A stretch of DNA of 64,000 nucleotides from Flavobacteriaceae bacterium. Lineage in GTDB: Bacteria > Bacteroidota > Bacteroidia > Flavobacteriales > Flavobacteriaceae. The stretch is from NCBI GenBank assembly GCA_002728855.1, contig PBWA01000038.1:2838-66837 (forward strand), in the 5' to 3' direction. Below the pieces are notes generated by a model, which saw only the letters and a program-made list of their open reading frames with translations, had not been told where the DNA came from and did no database searches. Shown here piece by piece: positions 51,530 through 62,723 of the stretch (the first letter of the stretch is position 1; every line of letters starts with the position of its first letter). Position numbers and translations under genes: made by a program.

Positions 51530-52126
51530 TTAAAAATTTCTTTTACTTGAAAAGTTTTTTATTTTTTCTTTGATGTTAACTAAGTAATCAATATCATCAA
51601 ACCCATTTGTCATATTATCCTTTTTATAGGCTGTTATTGAAATTTTTTCAGTTTTTTCAATCCCTTCAACAGAGATAAATTCCTCAAGAAGATTAATTTT
51701 TATTATCGTTTTTGGATTTCTATAAACTTCATCAAAAATTTGACTTAAAAATTGATCTGATATTTGGACTGGTAAAACTCCAATATTTAAACAATTATTT
51801 TTAAAAATATCAGCAAAAAAACTTGAAACAACACACCTAAAGCCATAATCATAAATAGCCCATACAGCATGCTCTCTCGATGAACCTGATCCAAAATTTT
51901 TTCCACCGATTAAAATTTTACCAGAAAAATTTTCATTATTCAATATGAAATCATTTTTGAGACTACCATCTTGATTATATCTCCAGTCTCTAAATAAATT
52001 TTCTCCAAAACCTACTCTTTCAGTGGCTTTTAAAAATCTCGCAGGTATTATTTGATCTGTATCCACATTTTCTATTGGTAAAGGAACTGCAGTGCTTTCA
52101 AGTATTTTTAAAGGATCGTATGTCAT
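51530..52126 (-). CDS. leuD: 3-isopropylmalate dehydratase small subunit
   Basis: NVDTDQIIPARFL, NFGSGSSREHA. Start set at ATG 52126. Confidence 0.96.
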   Translation of the reverse strand: MTYDPLKILESTAVPLPIENVDTDQIIPARFLKATERVGFGENLFRDWRYNQDGSLKNDFILNNENFSGKILIGGKNFGSGSSREHAVWAIYDYGFRCVVSSFFADIFKNNCLNIGVLPVQISDQFLSQIFDEVYRNPKTIIKINLLEEFISVEGIEKTEKISITAYKKDNMTNGFDDIDYLVNIKEKIKNFSSKRNF

Positions 52127-52130
52127 TTTA

Positions 52131-53525
52131 CTATAAATATTTTCTTGGATCTGTAATTTCACCTGTTATTGCTGCTGCTGCTGCAACTAGTGGACTTGCT
52201 AAAATTGTTCTTGCACCCGGACCTTGCCGACCTTCAAAATTTCTGTTAGATGTACTCACGACATATTTTCCTTTTGGAATTTTATCATCATTCATCGCTA
52301 GACATGCCGAGCATCCTGGCTCTCGAAGCTCAAATCCAGAGTTTTCCAGTATATCCAAGATTCCTTCTTCTTTTATTGCATTCATCACATTATGCGAGCC
52401 AGGTACTAACCATGCAGTCACTCTGTTTGACTTTTTTCTACCCTTGACGATTGATGAAAAGGCTCTAAAATCTTCAATTCGACCATTTGTACAACTACCT
52501 AAAAAAACGTAATCGATTTTTTTCCCTAGCATAAACTCTCCCTCCTTATATCCCATGTAATTAAGAGATTTTTTATAAGAAATATTTTCAGATTTCTCTG
52601 GATCTTTAGATGGAATTTTCTGTAAAATACTTAAACCCATTCCTGGATTAGTTCCGTAAGTAATCATAGGCTCAATTTCATTGCTATTAAAAGAAAATTC
52701 TTTATCAAATTTTGCATCTTTATCACTACTTAGGGTTTTCCAAAATTTCATGGCTTTCTCCCAATCATTTCCTTTTGGAGAAAATTCTCGCCCTTTGACA
52801 TACTCAAAAGTTTTTGCATCAGGAGCGATCATACCCCCTCTTGCTCCCATTTCGATACTAAGATTGCACACAGTCATTCTACCTTCCATGCTAAGATCAG
52901 AAAATGCAGACCCTGAATACTCGACAAAATATCCAGTTGCACCAGATGTTGATATTTTTGAAATTATAAATAATGCTATATCTTTTGGTGTGACTCCTTT
53001 ATTTAACTCTCCATTTATATTAATCCTCATCTTTTTAGGTTTTACCTGCATTATGCATTGAGTTGCAAGAACCATTTCTACTTCTGAAGTTCCAATGCCA
53101 AAAGCAATAGCGCCAAATGCTCCATGTGTGGACGTATGAGAGTCCCCACACACAATAGTTGCTCCAGGTAGTGTAATCCCTTGTTCTGGACCTATAACAT
53201 GAACGATGCCATTATTTTTATGCCCTAAACCCCAATAAGAAATGCCATATTCCTTTGCATTTCTCTCCAGAGTTTTAAGTTGATTTGCTGAGAGAGGATC
53301 TTTTACGGGCAAGTGTTGATTTTTTGTGGGAGTGTTATGATCAGCAGTAGCAAAAGTCCTTTCAGGAGACATTACTTTTAGGCCTCTATTCTTGAGACCA
53401 ATGAAGGCAACAGGACTAGTAACTTCATGAATCATGTGTCTATCAATGAACAAAACATCTGGTCCTTGACTAATTCTTTCAACTACATGTGAATCCCATA
53501 CTTTATCAAAAAGTGTTTTACCCAT
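52131..53525 (-). CDS. leuC: 3-isopropylmalate dehydratase large subunit
   Basis: [44 protein letters not shown]. Confidence 0.97.
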   Translation of the reverse strand: MGKTLFDKVWDSHVVERISQGPDVLFIDRHMIHEVTSPVAFIGLKNRGLKVMSPERTFATADHNTPTKNQHLPVKDPLSANQLKTLERNAKEYGISYWGLGHKNNGIVHVIGPEQGITLPGATIVCGDSHTSTHGAFGAIAFGIGTSEVEMVLATQCIMQVKPKKMRININGELNKGVTPKDIALFIISKISTSGATGYFVEYSGSAFSDLSMEGRMTVCNLSIEMGARGGMIAPDAKTFEYVKGREFSPKGNDWEKAMKFWKTLSSDKDAKFDKEFSFNSNEIEPMITYGTNPGMGLSILQKIPSKDPEKSENISYKKSLNYMGYKEGEFMLGKKIDYVFLGSCTNGRIEDFRAFSSIVKGRKKSNRVTAWLVPGSHNVMNAIKEEGILDILENSGFELREPGCSACLAMNDDKIPKGKYVVSTSNRNFEGRQGPGARTILASPLVAAAAAITGEITDPRKYL

Positions 53526-53536
53526 AATTATTATGA

Positions 53537-54685
53537 CTATAATTTAGAAGATTCTATAATTTTTGGAAGCTCTTCATCACTAATTTCTTTTTGTTTATCA
53601 GCAACTTTTAAAAATCTTTCATAAACCTTGTCAAGTTCTAATTTATTTAAATCAAAACCTATATTTTTTGCTCGATAAGCGAGGGCTGCTCTACCACTTC
53701 TTGCAGTTAAAACAATAGAAGATTCATCAACTCCAACATCCTTTGGATCAATTATTTCATACGTCTCTCTTTTCTTTATTACACCATCTTGATGAATTCC
53801 AGAACTATGGGCAAAAGCATTTGCACCTACAATAGCTTTATTTGGCTGAACAGGAACTCCCATCTTTGAAGAGACTAATTTACTAACACCATATAAAAGT
53901 TTTGAATTAATATTAGTCATAAGATTTAAGTTTTTATGCTGCCGCATAACCATAACTACCTCTTCCAGAGATGTATTTCCTGCACGTTCTCCAACTCCAT
54001 TAATTGTACATTCAATTTGACGCGCTCCATTTATTACACCACTGATTGAATTTGCAGTAGCTAAACCAAGATCATTATGACAGTGACATGAGATAGTTGC
54101 TTTTTCAATATTTCTAACATTTTCTTTTAAATATTTTATCTTATTACCATAATCTTCAGGGAGACAGTATCCTGTTGTGTCAGGAATATTCAAAACGGTT
54201 GCTCCTGCTTTAATCACCTCTTCACAAATTCTAGCAAGAAAATCATTATCTGTTCGACCTGCATCTTCAGCATAAAACTCAACGTCATCAACAAATGATT
54301 TTGCATAGCTTACAGAAGAGATAGCTCGTTCTAAAATTTCATTTCTATTTGAGTTAAATTTATACTTAATATGTGTTTCTGAGGTCCCAATGCCAGTGTG
54401 AATTCTTGGTTTTTTTGCTTTTTCAAGAGCTTTTGCAGCTACATCAATGTCCTTTTTAACAGCTCTTGTCAATCCGCAAACAGTCGCATTTTTAACTAGT
54501 TTTGAAATTTCAACTACTGAGTCAAAATCACCAGGACTTGATATTGGAAAGCCAGCTTCGATAATATCTACTCCCATTTCATCTAAACTTTCAGCTATAA
54601 TTAATTTACTATTAGTATCTAATTTGCATCCTGGCACTTGCTCCCCATCTCTTAAAGTAGTATCAAAAATCTTAACATGTTCCAT
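53537..54685 (-). CDS. leuA: 2-isopropylmalate synthase, short form without regulatory domain
   Basis: [33 protein letters not shown]; only 382 aa. Confidence 0.93.
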   Translation of the reverse strand: MEHVKIFDTTLRDGEQVPGCKLDTNSKLIIAESLDEMGVDIIEAGFPISSPGDFDSVVEISKLVKNATVCGLTRAVKKDIDVAAKALEKAKKPRIHTGIGTSETHIKYKFNSNRNEILERAISSVSYAKSFVDDVEFYAEDAGRTDNDFLARICEEVIKAGATVLNIPDTTGYCLPEDYGNKIKYLKENVRNIEKATISCHCHNDLGLATANSISGVINGARQIECTINGVGERAGNTSLEEVVMVMRQHKNLNLMTNINSKLLYGVSKLVSSKMGVPVQPNKAIVGANAFAHSSGIHQDGVIKKRETYEIIDPKDVGVDESSIVLTARSGRAALAYRAKNIGFDLNKLELDKVYERFLKVADKQKEISDEELPKIIESSKL

Positions 54686-54836
54686 TAAAAGGGTCTAGAA
54701 TTAAGTTTATTATAAACAATATTAGCACCAAATTTAAAATTAATCTTAAGATTTGATAATTTTATTACAATATTCTATACTTTTGTTTAGTATTTAAGTA
54801 ACTAATAGACAGTGTTTTAAATCTTATTTTTCTACA

Positions 54837-56408
54837 ATGATTAATGATCAAAAAGACAACTTGTTTCAATTAATAAAGTCACTATCAAAGTCTGAAAAAC
54901 GTCAGTTTAAACTTTATGTTGGTCGAATGGGTTCTAATAATGATTCCAAGTTTTTAAATTTATTTAATTTACTCGACAAATCTCCAAAATATAGTGAGAA
55001 ATTAATTCTAGAAAAAGGGGTGGTAACTAAGCAACAGCTATCTAACCTAAAAGCCCATTTATATAAGCAAATATTAATAAGTTTAAGACTTAATCCAATT
55101 CATCAGAATGTTAGAATTCAGATAAGAGAACAATTAGATTTTGCGACAATATTATATCAAAAAGGATTATATAAATTAAGCTTGAAAGTTCTTGATAAAA
55201 TTAAATCAATTGCTTTCAAGAATGAAGAGAAGTATTTAGCTTATGAAATTGTAGAGCTTGAAAAAGTTATTGAGTCGCAATATATTACAAGAAGTTTGTC
55301 TAACCGATCACAAATTTTGATTCAACAAGCAGATCAATTACAATATCAAAATGATTTAACTAGTAAACTTTCAAATCTTTCTCTTTTATTATATGAAAAA
55401 TTAATAAAAACCGGTTATGCTAAAAGCGATGAAGAGTTTCGTGAAACTACAAAGTTTTTTTACAAAAAGCTTCCAGTTGTTGAAATTGAAAATTTAGGAT
55501 TTCGTGAAAAGCTTTGGTACTATAAAGTACATGTTTGGTACAGTTTTTTAGTCCAAGATTTTCTAAGCTGTTTTAAATATGCTTCTAAATGGGTAGATAT
55601 GTATGAAGAATCACCAGAAATGATAAAGATACATCCTGTTTTTTATTTGAAGGCAAATAATTATTTAATGGAATCTCTTGCCCTGATTAAATATCCTGAA
55701 AAATTCAAAAAAACTTTAAATTTAATGCTAAGAAATATTAACGATTCAAAACTTGTAAAAAACCATAATATTTCTTCTTTAGGATTTTTAGTTCATTACA
55801 ATAATCTTCTAAATCTTTACTTCATGCAAGGCAATTTTGAAGAAGCAAAAGGTTTTATTGCTGAAATTAATGATGGAATAAAAAAATATAAAGATCAAAT
55901 TGATGAACATCACGTAATGTTATTTTATTACAAGATCGCATGCTTATATTTTAGTCTATCTGATTATGAAAAAAGTATTATTTATATAAATAAAATTATA
56001 AAGAATAAGCACTTAAAAATGCGTGAAGACCTTCTTTGTTTTACAAGAGTTTTAAATCTAGTAGCTCATTATGAAGCAGGGTTTGACTATCATCTTGACA
56101 CTCAGCTTAGAGAAACTTATAAGTTTTTAATTAAAATGAATGATTTGCATGAGGTCCAAAAAGCAATGATAAGATTTCTAAGATCGCTTGGAGAAATATT
56201 TCCCCACGAACTAAAAGATTCATTTATAAAACTTTATGGTGAGCTTAAGCAATATGAGGATGATCCATATGAGAGAAGAGCATTTTTATATTTAGATATT
56301 TTATCTTGGCTGGAGAGTAAAATAAAAAGTCGCCCTGTATCTGAAATAATAAAGGAAAAGGCTAAAGTTATGAATCGTAAAGAAAAGCGTTCCATAAATG
56401 TTTTGTAG
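54837..56408 (+). CDS. Helical (TPR-like) hypothetical protein, Bacteroidota type
   Basis: LFQLIKSLSKSEKRQFK N-terminus; TPR-like YKIACLYF...YEKSIIYINKI; divergent from leuA. Confidence 0.75.
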   Translation: MINDQKDNLFQLIKSLSKSEKRQFKLYVGRMGSNNDSKFLNLFNLLDKSPKYSEKLILEKGVVTKQQLSNLKAHLYKQILISLRLNPIHQNVRIQIREQLDFATILYQKGLYKLSLKVLDKIKSIAFKNEEKYLAYEIVELEKVIESQYITRSLSNRSQILIQQADQLQYQNDLTSKLSNLSLLLYEKLIKTGYAKSDEEFRETTKFFYKKLPVVEIENLGFREKLWYYKVHVWYSFLVQDFLSCFKYASKWVDMYEESPEMIKIHPVFYLKANNYLMESLALIKYPEKFKKTLNLMLRNINDSKLVKNHNISSLGFLVHYNNLLNLYFMQGNFEEAKGFIAEINDGIKKYKDQIDEHHVMLFYYKIACLYFSLSDYEKSIIYINKIIKNKHLKMREDLLCFTRVLNLVAHYEAGFDYHLDTQLRETYKFLIKMNDLHEVQKAMIRFLRSLGEIFPHELKDSFIKLYGELKQYEDDPYERRAFLYLDILSWLESKIKSRPVSEIIKEKAKVMNRKEKRSINVL

Positions 56409-57045
56409 GTGGATTTGCCTTAATTTGAATTAGTTTTTTGCGAACAGGATGTTCAAAGTTTAACTCGGCAGAATGAAGGCAAATACTAGCATCAGGGTTA
56501 GATCTTTTTGCTCCATATTTCAAATCTCCAACGATTGGATATCCCATGTTGCTAAGTTGAACTCTAATTTGATGATGCCTTCCTGTTTTTAAATGAATTT
56601 CTAGAAGAGTATAGTTTTGAATTTTTTTTTGTATTCTAAAACTTAGTATTGCTTTTTTTGTTTTAGAATTCTGATTTTTAAATACAAATGATTTGTTTAT
56701 CCTGGGGTTTTTTGCAATCCAATTAGTTAGAGTTCTAGATTCAATTGTAAAAGGATTTTTAACAATGGCTAAATATTTTTTTTCAACATTTCTTTTTTTG
56801 AACTGCTCATTAAGTCTTGTTAGTGCCTTAGAAGTTTTTGCACAAATTACTATTCCACTTGTTGGCCTATCAATGCGATGGACTAGGCCAAGAAATACCT
56901 CTCCTGGTTTTTTATACTTTTTTTTCAAATACAACTTTACCTTATCAACAAGAGTTTTGTCTCCAGTTGAATCACCTTGAACTAATTCACCAGCCTCTTT
57001 ATTTATTATAATTATGTGATTATCTTCGAATAATACGTCTATCAA
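56368..57045 (-). CDS. RluA family pseudouridine synthase
   Basis: HRIDRPTSG, TGRHHQIR, PIVGDLKYG, LHS. Confidence 0.93.
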   Translation of the reverse strand: MIDVLFEDNHIIIINKEAGELVQGDSTGDKTLVDKVKLYLKKKYKKPGEVFLGLVHRIDRPTSGIVICAKTSKALTRLNEQFKKRNVEKKYLAIVKNPFTIESRTLTNWIAKNPRINKSFVFKNQNSKTKKAILSFRIQKKIQNYTLLEIHLKTGRHHQIRVQLSNMGYPIVGDLKYGAKRSNPDASICLHSAELNFEHPVRKKLIQIKANPPTKHLWNAFLYDS

Positions 57046-57074
57046 AATAAACTAAATAATAAATTATTTTGCAC

Positions 57075-57893
57075 CTAATATTGTTCTTTTTTATTTGGGA
57101 AACTAGACTTCTTGACATCTTTAGCATATTCACTTACAGCCTTAGTTATTTCTTGATTTAAATCAAGATAGCGCCTTAAAAAGCGTGGACTAAATTCAGT
57201 ATTCATACCTAACATATCATGTAAGACTAGTACCTGACCATCCACATCAACACCTGCACCAATACCTATTACTGGTATTTTAAGTTCATCAGAAATTTTT
57301 TTAGCCAGCTTTGCAGGAATTTTTTCAAGCACAATAGCAAAGCATCCAAGTTTTTGTAGCAATTTTGCATCATTGAAAAGCTTTTCAGCTTCAAAGTTTT
57401 TTTTAGCTCTTACAGAATAAGTCCCAAATTTATAAATTGATTGTGGAGTTAATCCAAGGTGTCCCATAACAGGGATTCCTGCATTTAGAATTCTTTCAAT
57501 AGAGCTTTTAACTTCAATACCACCTTCTAATTTAATTGCATGAGAACCAGATTCTTTCATGATTTTAATTGAGGACTTTAAAGCCTCTTTTGAATTAGAT
57601 TGGTATGTTCCAAATGGTAAATCAACTACAACTAAAGCTCTTTCTACACCTCTTACAACGGATGAAGAATGATAAATCATTTGATCAAGGGTTATTGGAA
57701 CAGTTGTTTCATGTCCAGCCATTACATTTGAAGCTGAATCTCCAACTAAAATAACATCAATCCCTGCTCTATCAACTATTTTTGCAAGGGTATAATCATA
57801 AGCAGTGAGCATAGCAATTTTCTCACTCGCTTTTTTCATTTCAGAAAGAGTGTTTGTTGTTATTCTTGAATAATTGCTAATTATTTTATTCAT
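57075..57893 (-). CDS. panB: 3-methyl-2-oxobutanoate hydroxymethyltransferase
   Basis: [35 protein letters not shown]. Confidence 0.97.
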   Translation of the reverse strand: MNKIISNYSRITTNTLSEMKKASEKIAMLTAYDYTLAKIVDRAGIDVILVGDSASNVMAGHETTVPITLDQMIYHSSSVVRGVERALVVVDLPFGTYQSNSKEALKSSIKIMKESGSHAIKLEGGIEVKSSIERILNAGIPVMGHLGLTPQSIYKFGTYSVRAKKNFEAEKLFNDAKLLQKLGCFAIVLEKIPAKLAKKISDELKIPVIGIGAGVDVDGQVLVLHDMLGMNTEFSPRFLRRYLDLNQEITKAVSEYAKDVKKSSFPNKKEQY

Positions 57894-57966
57894 TTTTTTA
57901 TAAAAATAATTTCTTTTTTTTAATCGCTGTCAAAATTATCAATTATTAATGCAACAAAGCTATGAC

Positions 57967-58007
57967 TGACACCCTGTCATATTTTTTTCAATGGCATAGT
58001 GATTGTA
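57967..58007 (+). promoter_or_regulatory. TGACA-N3-TGTCA palindrome plus sigma54-like -24/-12 element upstream of dnaK
   Basis: TGACACCCTGTCA at 57967-57979; TGGCATAGTGATTGTA at 57992-58007 versus consensus TGGCAC-N5-TTGCW. Confidence 0.5.
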
Positions 58008-58027
58008 ATTAGTTTGAATAAAAAATT

Positions 58028-59953
58028 ATGAGTAAAATTATTGGTATTGATTTAGGAACTACAAATTCATGTGTATCTGTAATGGAAGGCAACGAACCTG
58101 TTGTTATTCCCAATTCTGAAGGAAAGCGGACCACCCCATCTGTAATTGCATTTGTCGAAGGTGGAGAAATTAAAGTAGGAGATCCCGCAAAAAGGCAAGC
58201 AGTTACAAACCCAACTAAAACTGTTGCCTCAATTAAGAGGTTTATGGGTAATAAATTTTCAGAGTCAGCAAATGAGGCAAAAAATGTTCCTTATAAGGTT
58301 ATGAAAGGAGACAATGATACTCCGAGAGTTGATATAGATGGAAGATTATATACGCCTCAAGAATTATCCGCCATGGTCCTTCAAAAGATGAAAAAAACTG
58401 CTGAAGATTATTTAGGGACTGATGTTACCTCTGCTGTAATTACTGTTCCAGCTTATTTCAATGATTCTCAAAGGCAAGCTACAAAAGAAGCAGGTGAGAT
58501 TTCAGGACTGAAAGTTGAAAGAATAATAAATGAGCCCACAGCAGCTGCATTAGCCTTTGGTTTGGACAAAGGCTCAACCGATAGAAAAATCGCCGTATAT
58601 GATTTAGGCGGAGGTACTTTTGATATTTCTATTCTAGAGCTTGGAGATGGAGTTTTTGAAGTTTTATCCACTAATGGGGACACACATCTTGGAGGCGATG
58701 ATTTTGATCAAGTAATAATTGATTTTCTTGCTGATGAATTCAAAAAATCTGAAGATATTGACTTAAAAAGTGATCCCATGGCTCTTCAGCGCCTGAAGGA
58801 AGCTGCAGAAAAAGCCAAGATTGAACTCTCTTCTTCGACTCAAACTGAGATTAACTTACCATATATTTCAGCCACATCCAGTGGACCAAAACACCTAGTA
58901 AAGACTTTAACTCGCTCTAAATTTGAGCAATTATCTGATAATCTGGTAAAAAGATCAATGCAACCTGTCCAAAAAGCTCTTGATGATGCGGGATTATCAA
59001 CAAATGATATCAATGAAGTTATTTTGGTGGGAGGTTCAACAAGAATACCAATCATTCAAAATGAAGTTGAAAAATTCTTTTCAAAAAAACCCTCTAAAGG
59101 AGTAAATCCTGACGAAGTTGTTGCAATCGGCGCAGCAATTCAAGGTGGAGTTTTGACAGGAGACGTTAAAGATGTTTTACTTTTAGACGTTACACCTTTG
59201 TCCCTGGGAATTGAGACTATGGGAGCTGTAATGACAAAATTAATAGATGCAAACACTACAATCCCTTCTAAAAAATCACAAATATTCTCAACAGCAGCAG
59301 ACAATCAACCCTCTGTTGAAATTCATGTTTTGCAAGGTGAAAGATCTATGGCTGCTGATAATAAAACTATAGGAAGATTTCATTTAGACGGAATCCCTCC
59401 AGCTCCAAGAGGCACGCCTCAAATCGAAGTAACATTTGATATTGACGCCAATGGAATTATAAAAGTTAGTGCTCAAGATAAAGCAACTGGTAAACAACAA
59501 GATATTAGGATTGAAGCATCTTCAGGATTAACTGAAGAAGAGATTGAAAAAATGAAGAAAGATGCAGAGGCCAATGCAGAGTCTGACAAAAAAGTTAAGG
59601 AGGAAGTTGAAAAGCTAAACAATGCAGACCAGATGATATTTCAAACTGAAAAGCAACTAAAAGAGTTTGGAGAAAAATTATCAGATGACAAAAAGAAGCC
59701 TATTGAAAATGCACTGGATAATTTAAAAAAGGCATATGAATCTAAAGATTTATCAAAAATTGATTCAGCTCTAGAAAAAATTAATGAAGCTTGGAAAAAT
59801 GCTTCAGAGGAAATGTATAAAGCCCAAGCAGATGCATCTGCTCAAGAACCTAATAAAGGAAAGCCAAAATCATCAAAAGGCAGAAAAGAAAATAAAAAAT
59901 CAAAAGATAAAGGAGATGATGTTCAAGATGTTGACTTTGAAGAAGTTAAATAA
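58028..59953 (+). CDS. dnaK: Chaperone DnaK
   Basis: [40 protein letters not shown]. Confidence 0.98.
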   Translation: MSKIIGIDLGTTNSCVSVMEGNEPVVIPNSEGKRTTPSVIAFVEGGEIKVGDPAKRQAVTNPTKTVASIKRFMGNKFSESANEAKNVPYKVMKGDNDTPRVDIDGRLYTPQELSAMVLQKMKKTAEDYLGTDVTSAVITVPAYFNDSQRQATKEAGEISGLKVERIINEPTAAALAFGLDKGSTDRKIAVYDLGGGTFDISILELGDGVFEVLSTNGDTHLGGDDFDQVIIDFLADEFKKSEDIDLKSDPMALQRLKEAAEKAKIELSSSTQTEINLPYISATSSGPKHLVKTLTRSKFEQLSDNLVKRSMQPVQKALDDAGLSTNDINEVILVGGSTRIPIIQNEVEKFFSKKPSKGVNPDEVVAIGAAIQGGVLTGDVKDVLLLDVTPLSLGIETMGAVMTKLIDANTTIPSKKSQIFSTAADNQPSVEIHVLQGERSMAADNKTIGRFHLDGIPPAPRGTPQIEVTFDIDANGIIKVSAQDKATGKQQDIRIEASSGLTEEEIEKMKKDAEANAESDKKVKEEVEKLNNADQMIFQTEKQLKEFGEKLSDDKKKPIENALDNLKKAYESKDLSKIDSALEKINEAWKNASEEMYKAQADASAQEPNKGKPKSSKGRKENKKSKDKGDDVQDVDFEEVK

Positions 59954-59975
59954 AAGATAATTATATTATTTTTTT

Positions 59976-60392
59976 ATGGCCAAAGAAGATATCTTGAAGA
60001 TATGTAACCAGATAGCCGACAAGGGTTTACTCAAAACTCTTGGGATAAAATTTGTTGATGTTGGAAGTGATTTTCTCACAGCAAGTATGCCTGTTAATGA
60101 AAAAGTTTATCAACCTGACGGGATTTTACATGGAGGAGCTACAGTCGCATTAGCAGAAACTGTTGGAAGTGCTGCTGTTGCGGTTCTTACCAAAAATCCA
60201 AACCTTATTATAAGGGGAATCGAAATCAATGCAAACCATATTAAATCTGTTAAAAATGGGAATATTATGGCGACAGCAAAGCCAATCCATCTTGGAAAAA
60301 CTATACAGCTATGGGAAATTAGAACAGTCAACGAAAAAAATCAGTTGATTTCAATTAGTAAACTCACAACTTATACTCGCATTAAAAAATAA
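59976..60392 (+). CDS. menI: PaaI/hotdog thioesterase, MenI-like (DHNA-CoA hydrolase)
   Basis: QPDGILHGGATVALAETVGS, GIEINANH; adjacent to a menA-like gene. Confidence 0.75.
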   Translation: MAKEDILKICNQIADKGLLKTLGIKFVDVGSDFLTASMPVNEKVYQPDGILHGGATVALAETVGSAAVAVLTKNPNLIIRGIEINANHIKSVKNGNIMATAKPIHLGKTIQLWEIRTVNEKNQLISISKLTTYTRIKK

Positions 60393-60453
60393 TAATTAAT
60401 TATCTTTCATTCACATAGAAAATCATATATATTTGGCGAATTAAAATTCTTAT

Positions 60454-61812
60454 ATGAAAAGTGTTATAATTTGTGACATGGAAGGTGTCATTCAAGAAAT
60501 GAATCAAGGCGCCTTGAGCTTGTTTGGATATAAAAAAGATGAACTTATTGGAAAAAAAAGAGTTTCAATTTTTTCACCTGGCGAGATTGTTATACAAAAC
60601 GTTCTTGGTTGGCTAAACAAAGCAAACAAGTATGGAAAAACCACTGTCCGTACAAAGTTTCTAAAAAAAGATGGTTCTGAATTTAATGCTGAAATTGTCA
60701 TTACACCAAATTTTGCAAATGGAAAAGATAAAGATCAAACAGGTTATTGTGGAATAACAAAAGAAATCAAAGATGATGTAGATATTCCTATAACTTATTT
60801 AACAAAATTTTTTAAAGGAATAGCAATTACAAGAGGCGGATTCACATTAGCTTGTATTTTACCTATGATTGTCGTTTCATGTTTCCTTGCCGTTTCAGGA
60901 AATGTTAGCCTACTTAATTCAATAATTTCTATTTTTGGAGTTGCCTGTTTACATTTATTCTCTAATCTTTATAATGATTATTACGATGTGAGTTATGGCA
61001 CTGATGAAGCTAACTCAGAGTATTTTAATGTGGGGGATAAATCATTGGTCCTCAGAGGTGCTCAAATCTCTGGTGGGAGTAGAGCTATTGAATTAGGTCT
61101 AACAACTCTTTCTAAAACTAAAACTTTAGCAAATATCATGCTAATTTTAGCACTTGTGTCATTAGTGTTTGTATGTATAAACAGTTATATAGTTACATCA
61201 AGTTTAAACAATATATATGGAATGATTATTATTGCTTTAATTGCAATTTTGCTTGGTTATTTTTATACTGCAAAACCTCTCAGATTTTCTGGCAGAAAAG
61301 GTCTTGGTGAGCTTACTATTTTTTTAGCTTTTGGTCCTTTATTAACTCTTGGAAGCGCTTTTGCAATGTCCTCATCATCATATGATTTTTCTGTCGAATC
61401 AATTTCTAATTTCATTTTAATTGGCTGCCCTCTTGGTTTACTAACTACTAACATTTTATTTATTAACCAGTTTCCTGATTACACCTCTGATAAAAAGACA
61501 GGTAAGATTAATCTAGTTGTTTTACTTGGTAAAAAAGCCTCTAGGTGGATATATTTATTTAACACTGTTTTGGTTATTTTACTAACATTTATAGTATCAG
61601 AAACTATTTTTACAGCTATTGATGGATTTAATAAAGATGTTTTTAATATTATTTTGATTTTATTAGCGATTTATGGATTTTATATTTCCTTTGGATTAAT
61701 AAAAAAATTTGATTCGAGAGATCTTATTAAATATAATATTCAGACCATCTATTATCAAATTTTTTTCTGTTTTGCTTTAATTTTGAGTCTTACATTCTTT
61801 ATTAATTTATAG
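60454..61812 (+). CDS. PAS domain fused to MenA-like UbiA-family prenyltransferase
   Basis: aa ~1-105 PAS (IICDMEG.I...NQGALSLFGY...ELIGK...FLKKDGSEFNAEIVITP...YCGITK). The remainder is a TM domain with NLYNDYYD...GTD, ISGGSR, NQFPDY.SD...GK.NL. Own TATATTTG at 60428-60435. Confidence 0.88.
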   Translation: MKSVIICDMEGVIQEMNQGALSLFGYKKDELIGKKRVSIFSPGEIVIQNVLGWLNKANKYGKTTVRTKFLKKDGSEFNAEIVITPNFANGKDKDQTGYCGITKEIKDDVDIPITYLTKFFKGIAITRGGFTLACILPMIVVSCFLAVSGNVSLLNSIISIFGVACLHLFSNLYNDYYDVSYGTDEANSEYFNVGDKSLVLRGAQISGGSRAIELGLTTLSKTKTLANIMLILALVSLVFVCINSYIVTSSLNNIYGMIIIALIAILLGYFYTAKPLRFSGRKGLGELTIFLAFGPLLTLGSAFAMSSSSYDFSVESISNFILIGCPLGLLTTNILFINQFPDYTSDKKTGKINLVVLLGKKASRWIYLFNTVLVILLTFIVSETIFTAIDGFNKDVFNIILILLAIYGFYISFGLIKKFDSRDLIKYNIQTIYYQIFFCFALILSLTFFINL

Positions 61813-61816
61813 CATT

Positions 61817-62722
61817 ATGTTTCTTAGTCAAGTTAATTTAAAACCAAAAGACTTTTTAAAGTACTTACTCGGATCATTTCTAATTATCATTTTTAATATA
61901 CTAGGGCAAATACCATTATTTGTTTATTTGATCACCCAAAATATATCAGATCAAGAACTTACCGATCCAACTGATATTTTTTCATTAATTCCGTCTAATA
62001 CTGGATTATTTTTGATGCTTCTTCCATTTGCCATTTCTCTTTTAGGACTCTGGTTCATATTAAAAAAGTTACATCAACAAGACATGAGAATTGTTGCGAC
62101 TTCCAGAAATAGTATTGATTGGAATAGAGTTTTTTTCTCTTTTGCTATATGGGGGTTTCTTTCCTCAACGATTATTTTATCTGGCTACATAATTAGTCCT
62201 GAAGAATATGAGATTAATTTTAAATTAACTCCTTTCATCATTCTTTTATGCATTGGAATTATTTTAATTCCTCTTCAGACCAGTTTTGAAGAATATCTCT
62301 TTAGAGGATATTTAATGCAAGGATTTGCTGGATTATTTAGAAACAAATGGGCTCCACTCTTTATGACATCAATAATTTTTGGATGTTTACATTTAGCTAA
62401 CCCTGAAGTTGATAAATTAGGGTATAATCTTGTCTGGTGGTATATGGGGACAGGATTAGTTTTAGGTATTATGACTCTGATGGACGAAGGAATTGAATTA
62501 GCTTTGGGTGTCCATGCATCAAATAATCTTTTTGCAGCCCTTTTGGTTACTGCCGATTGGACTGTTTTTCAGACTGAATCAATTTTAAAATATACTGGAG
62601 AACCATCACTGTCAAAAGAGTTAATCCTTTCATTTATTATATTTTATCCTCTTTTACTATTTATTTTTTATAAAAAATATAATTGGACTGGTTTTAAATC
62701 AAGATTATTTGGAAAACTTTAA
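61817..62722 (+). CDS. CPBP (CAAX/Abi) intramembrane metalloprotease
   Basis: FEEYLFRGYL, FGCLH, GVHASNN. Confidence 0.9.
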   Translation: MFLSQVNLKPKDFLKYLLGSFLIIIFNILGQIPLFVYLITQNISDQELTDPTDIFSLIPSNTGLFLMLLPFAISLLGLWFILKKLHQQDMRIVATSRNSIDWNRVFFSFAIWGFLSSTIILSGYIISPEEYEINFKLTPFIILLCIGIILIPLQTSFEEYLFRGYLMQGFAGLFRNKWAPLFMTSIIFGCLHLANPEVDKLGYNLVWWYMGTGLVLGIMTLMDEGIELALGVHASNNLFAALLVTADWTVFQTESILKYTGEPSLSKELILSFIIFYPLLLFIFYKKYNWTGFKSRLFGKL

Positions 62723-62723
62723 T

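Noticed and set aside
61817..62722. CPBP/Abi protease as an abortive-infection defence gene
   Set aside because: The Abi label for this family is historical; the context is housekeeping/menaquinone with no defence neighbours.
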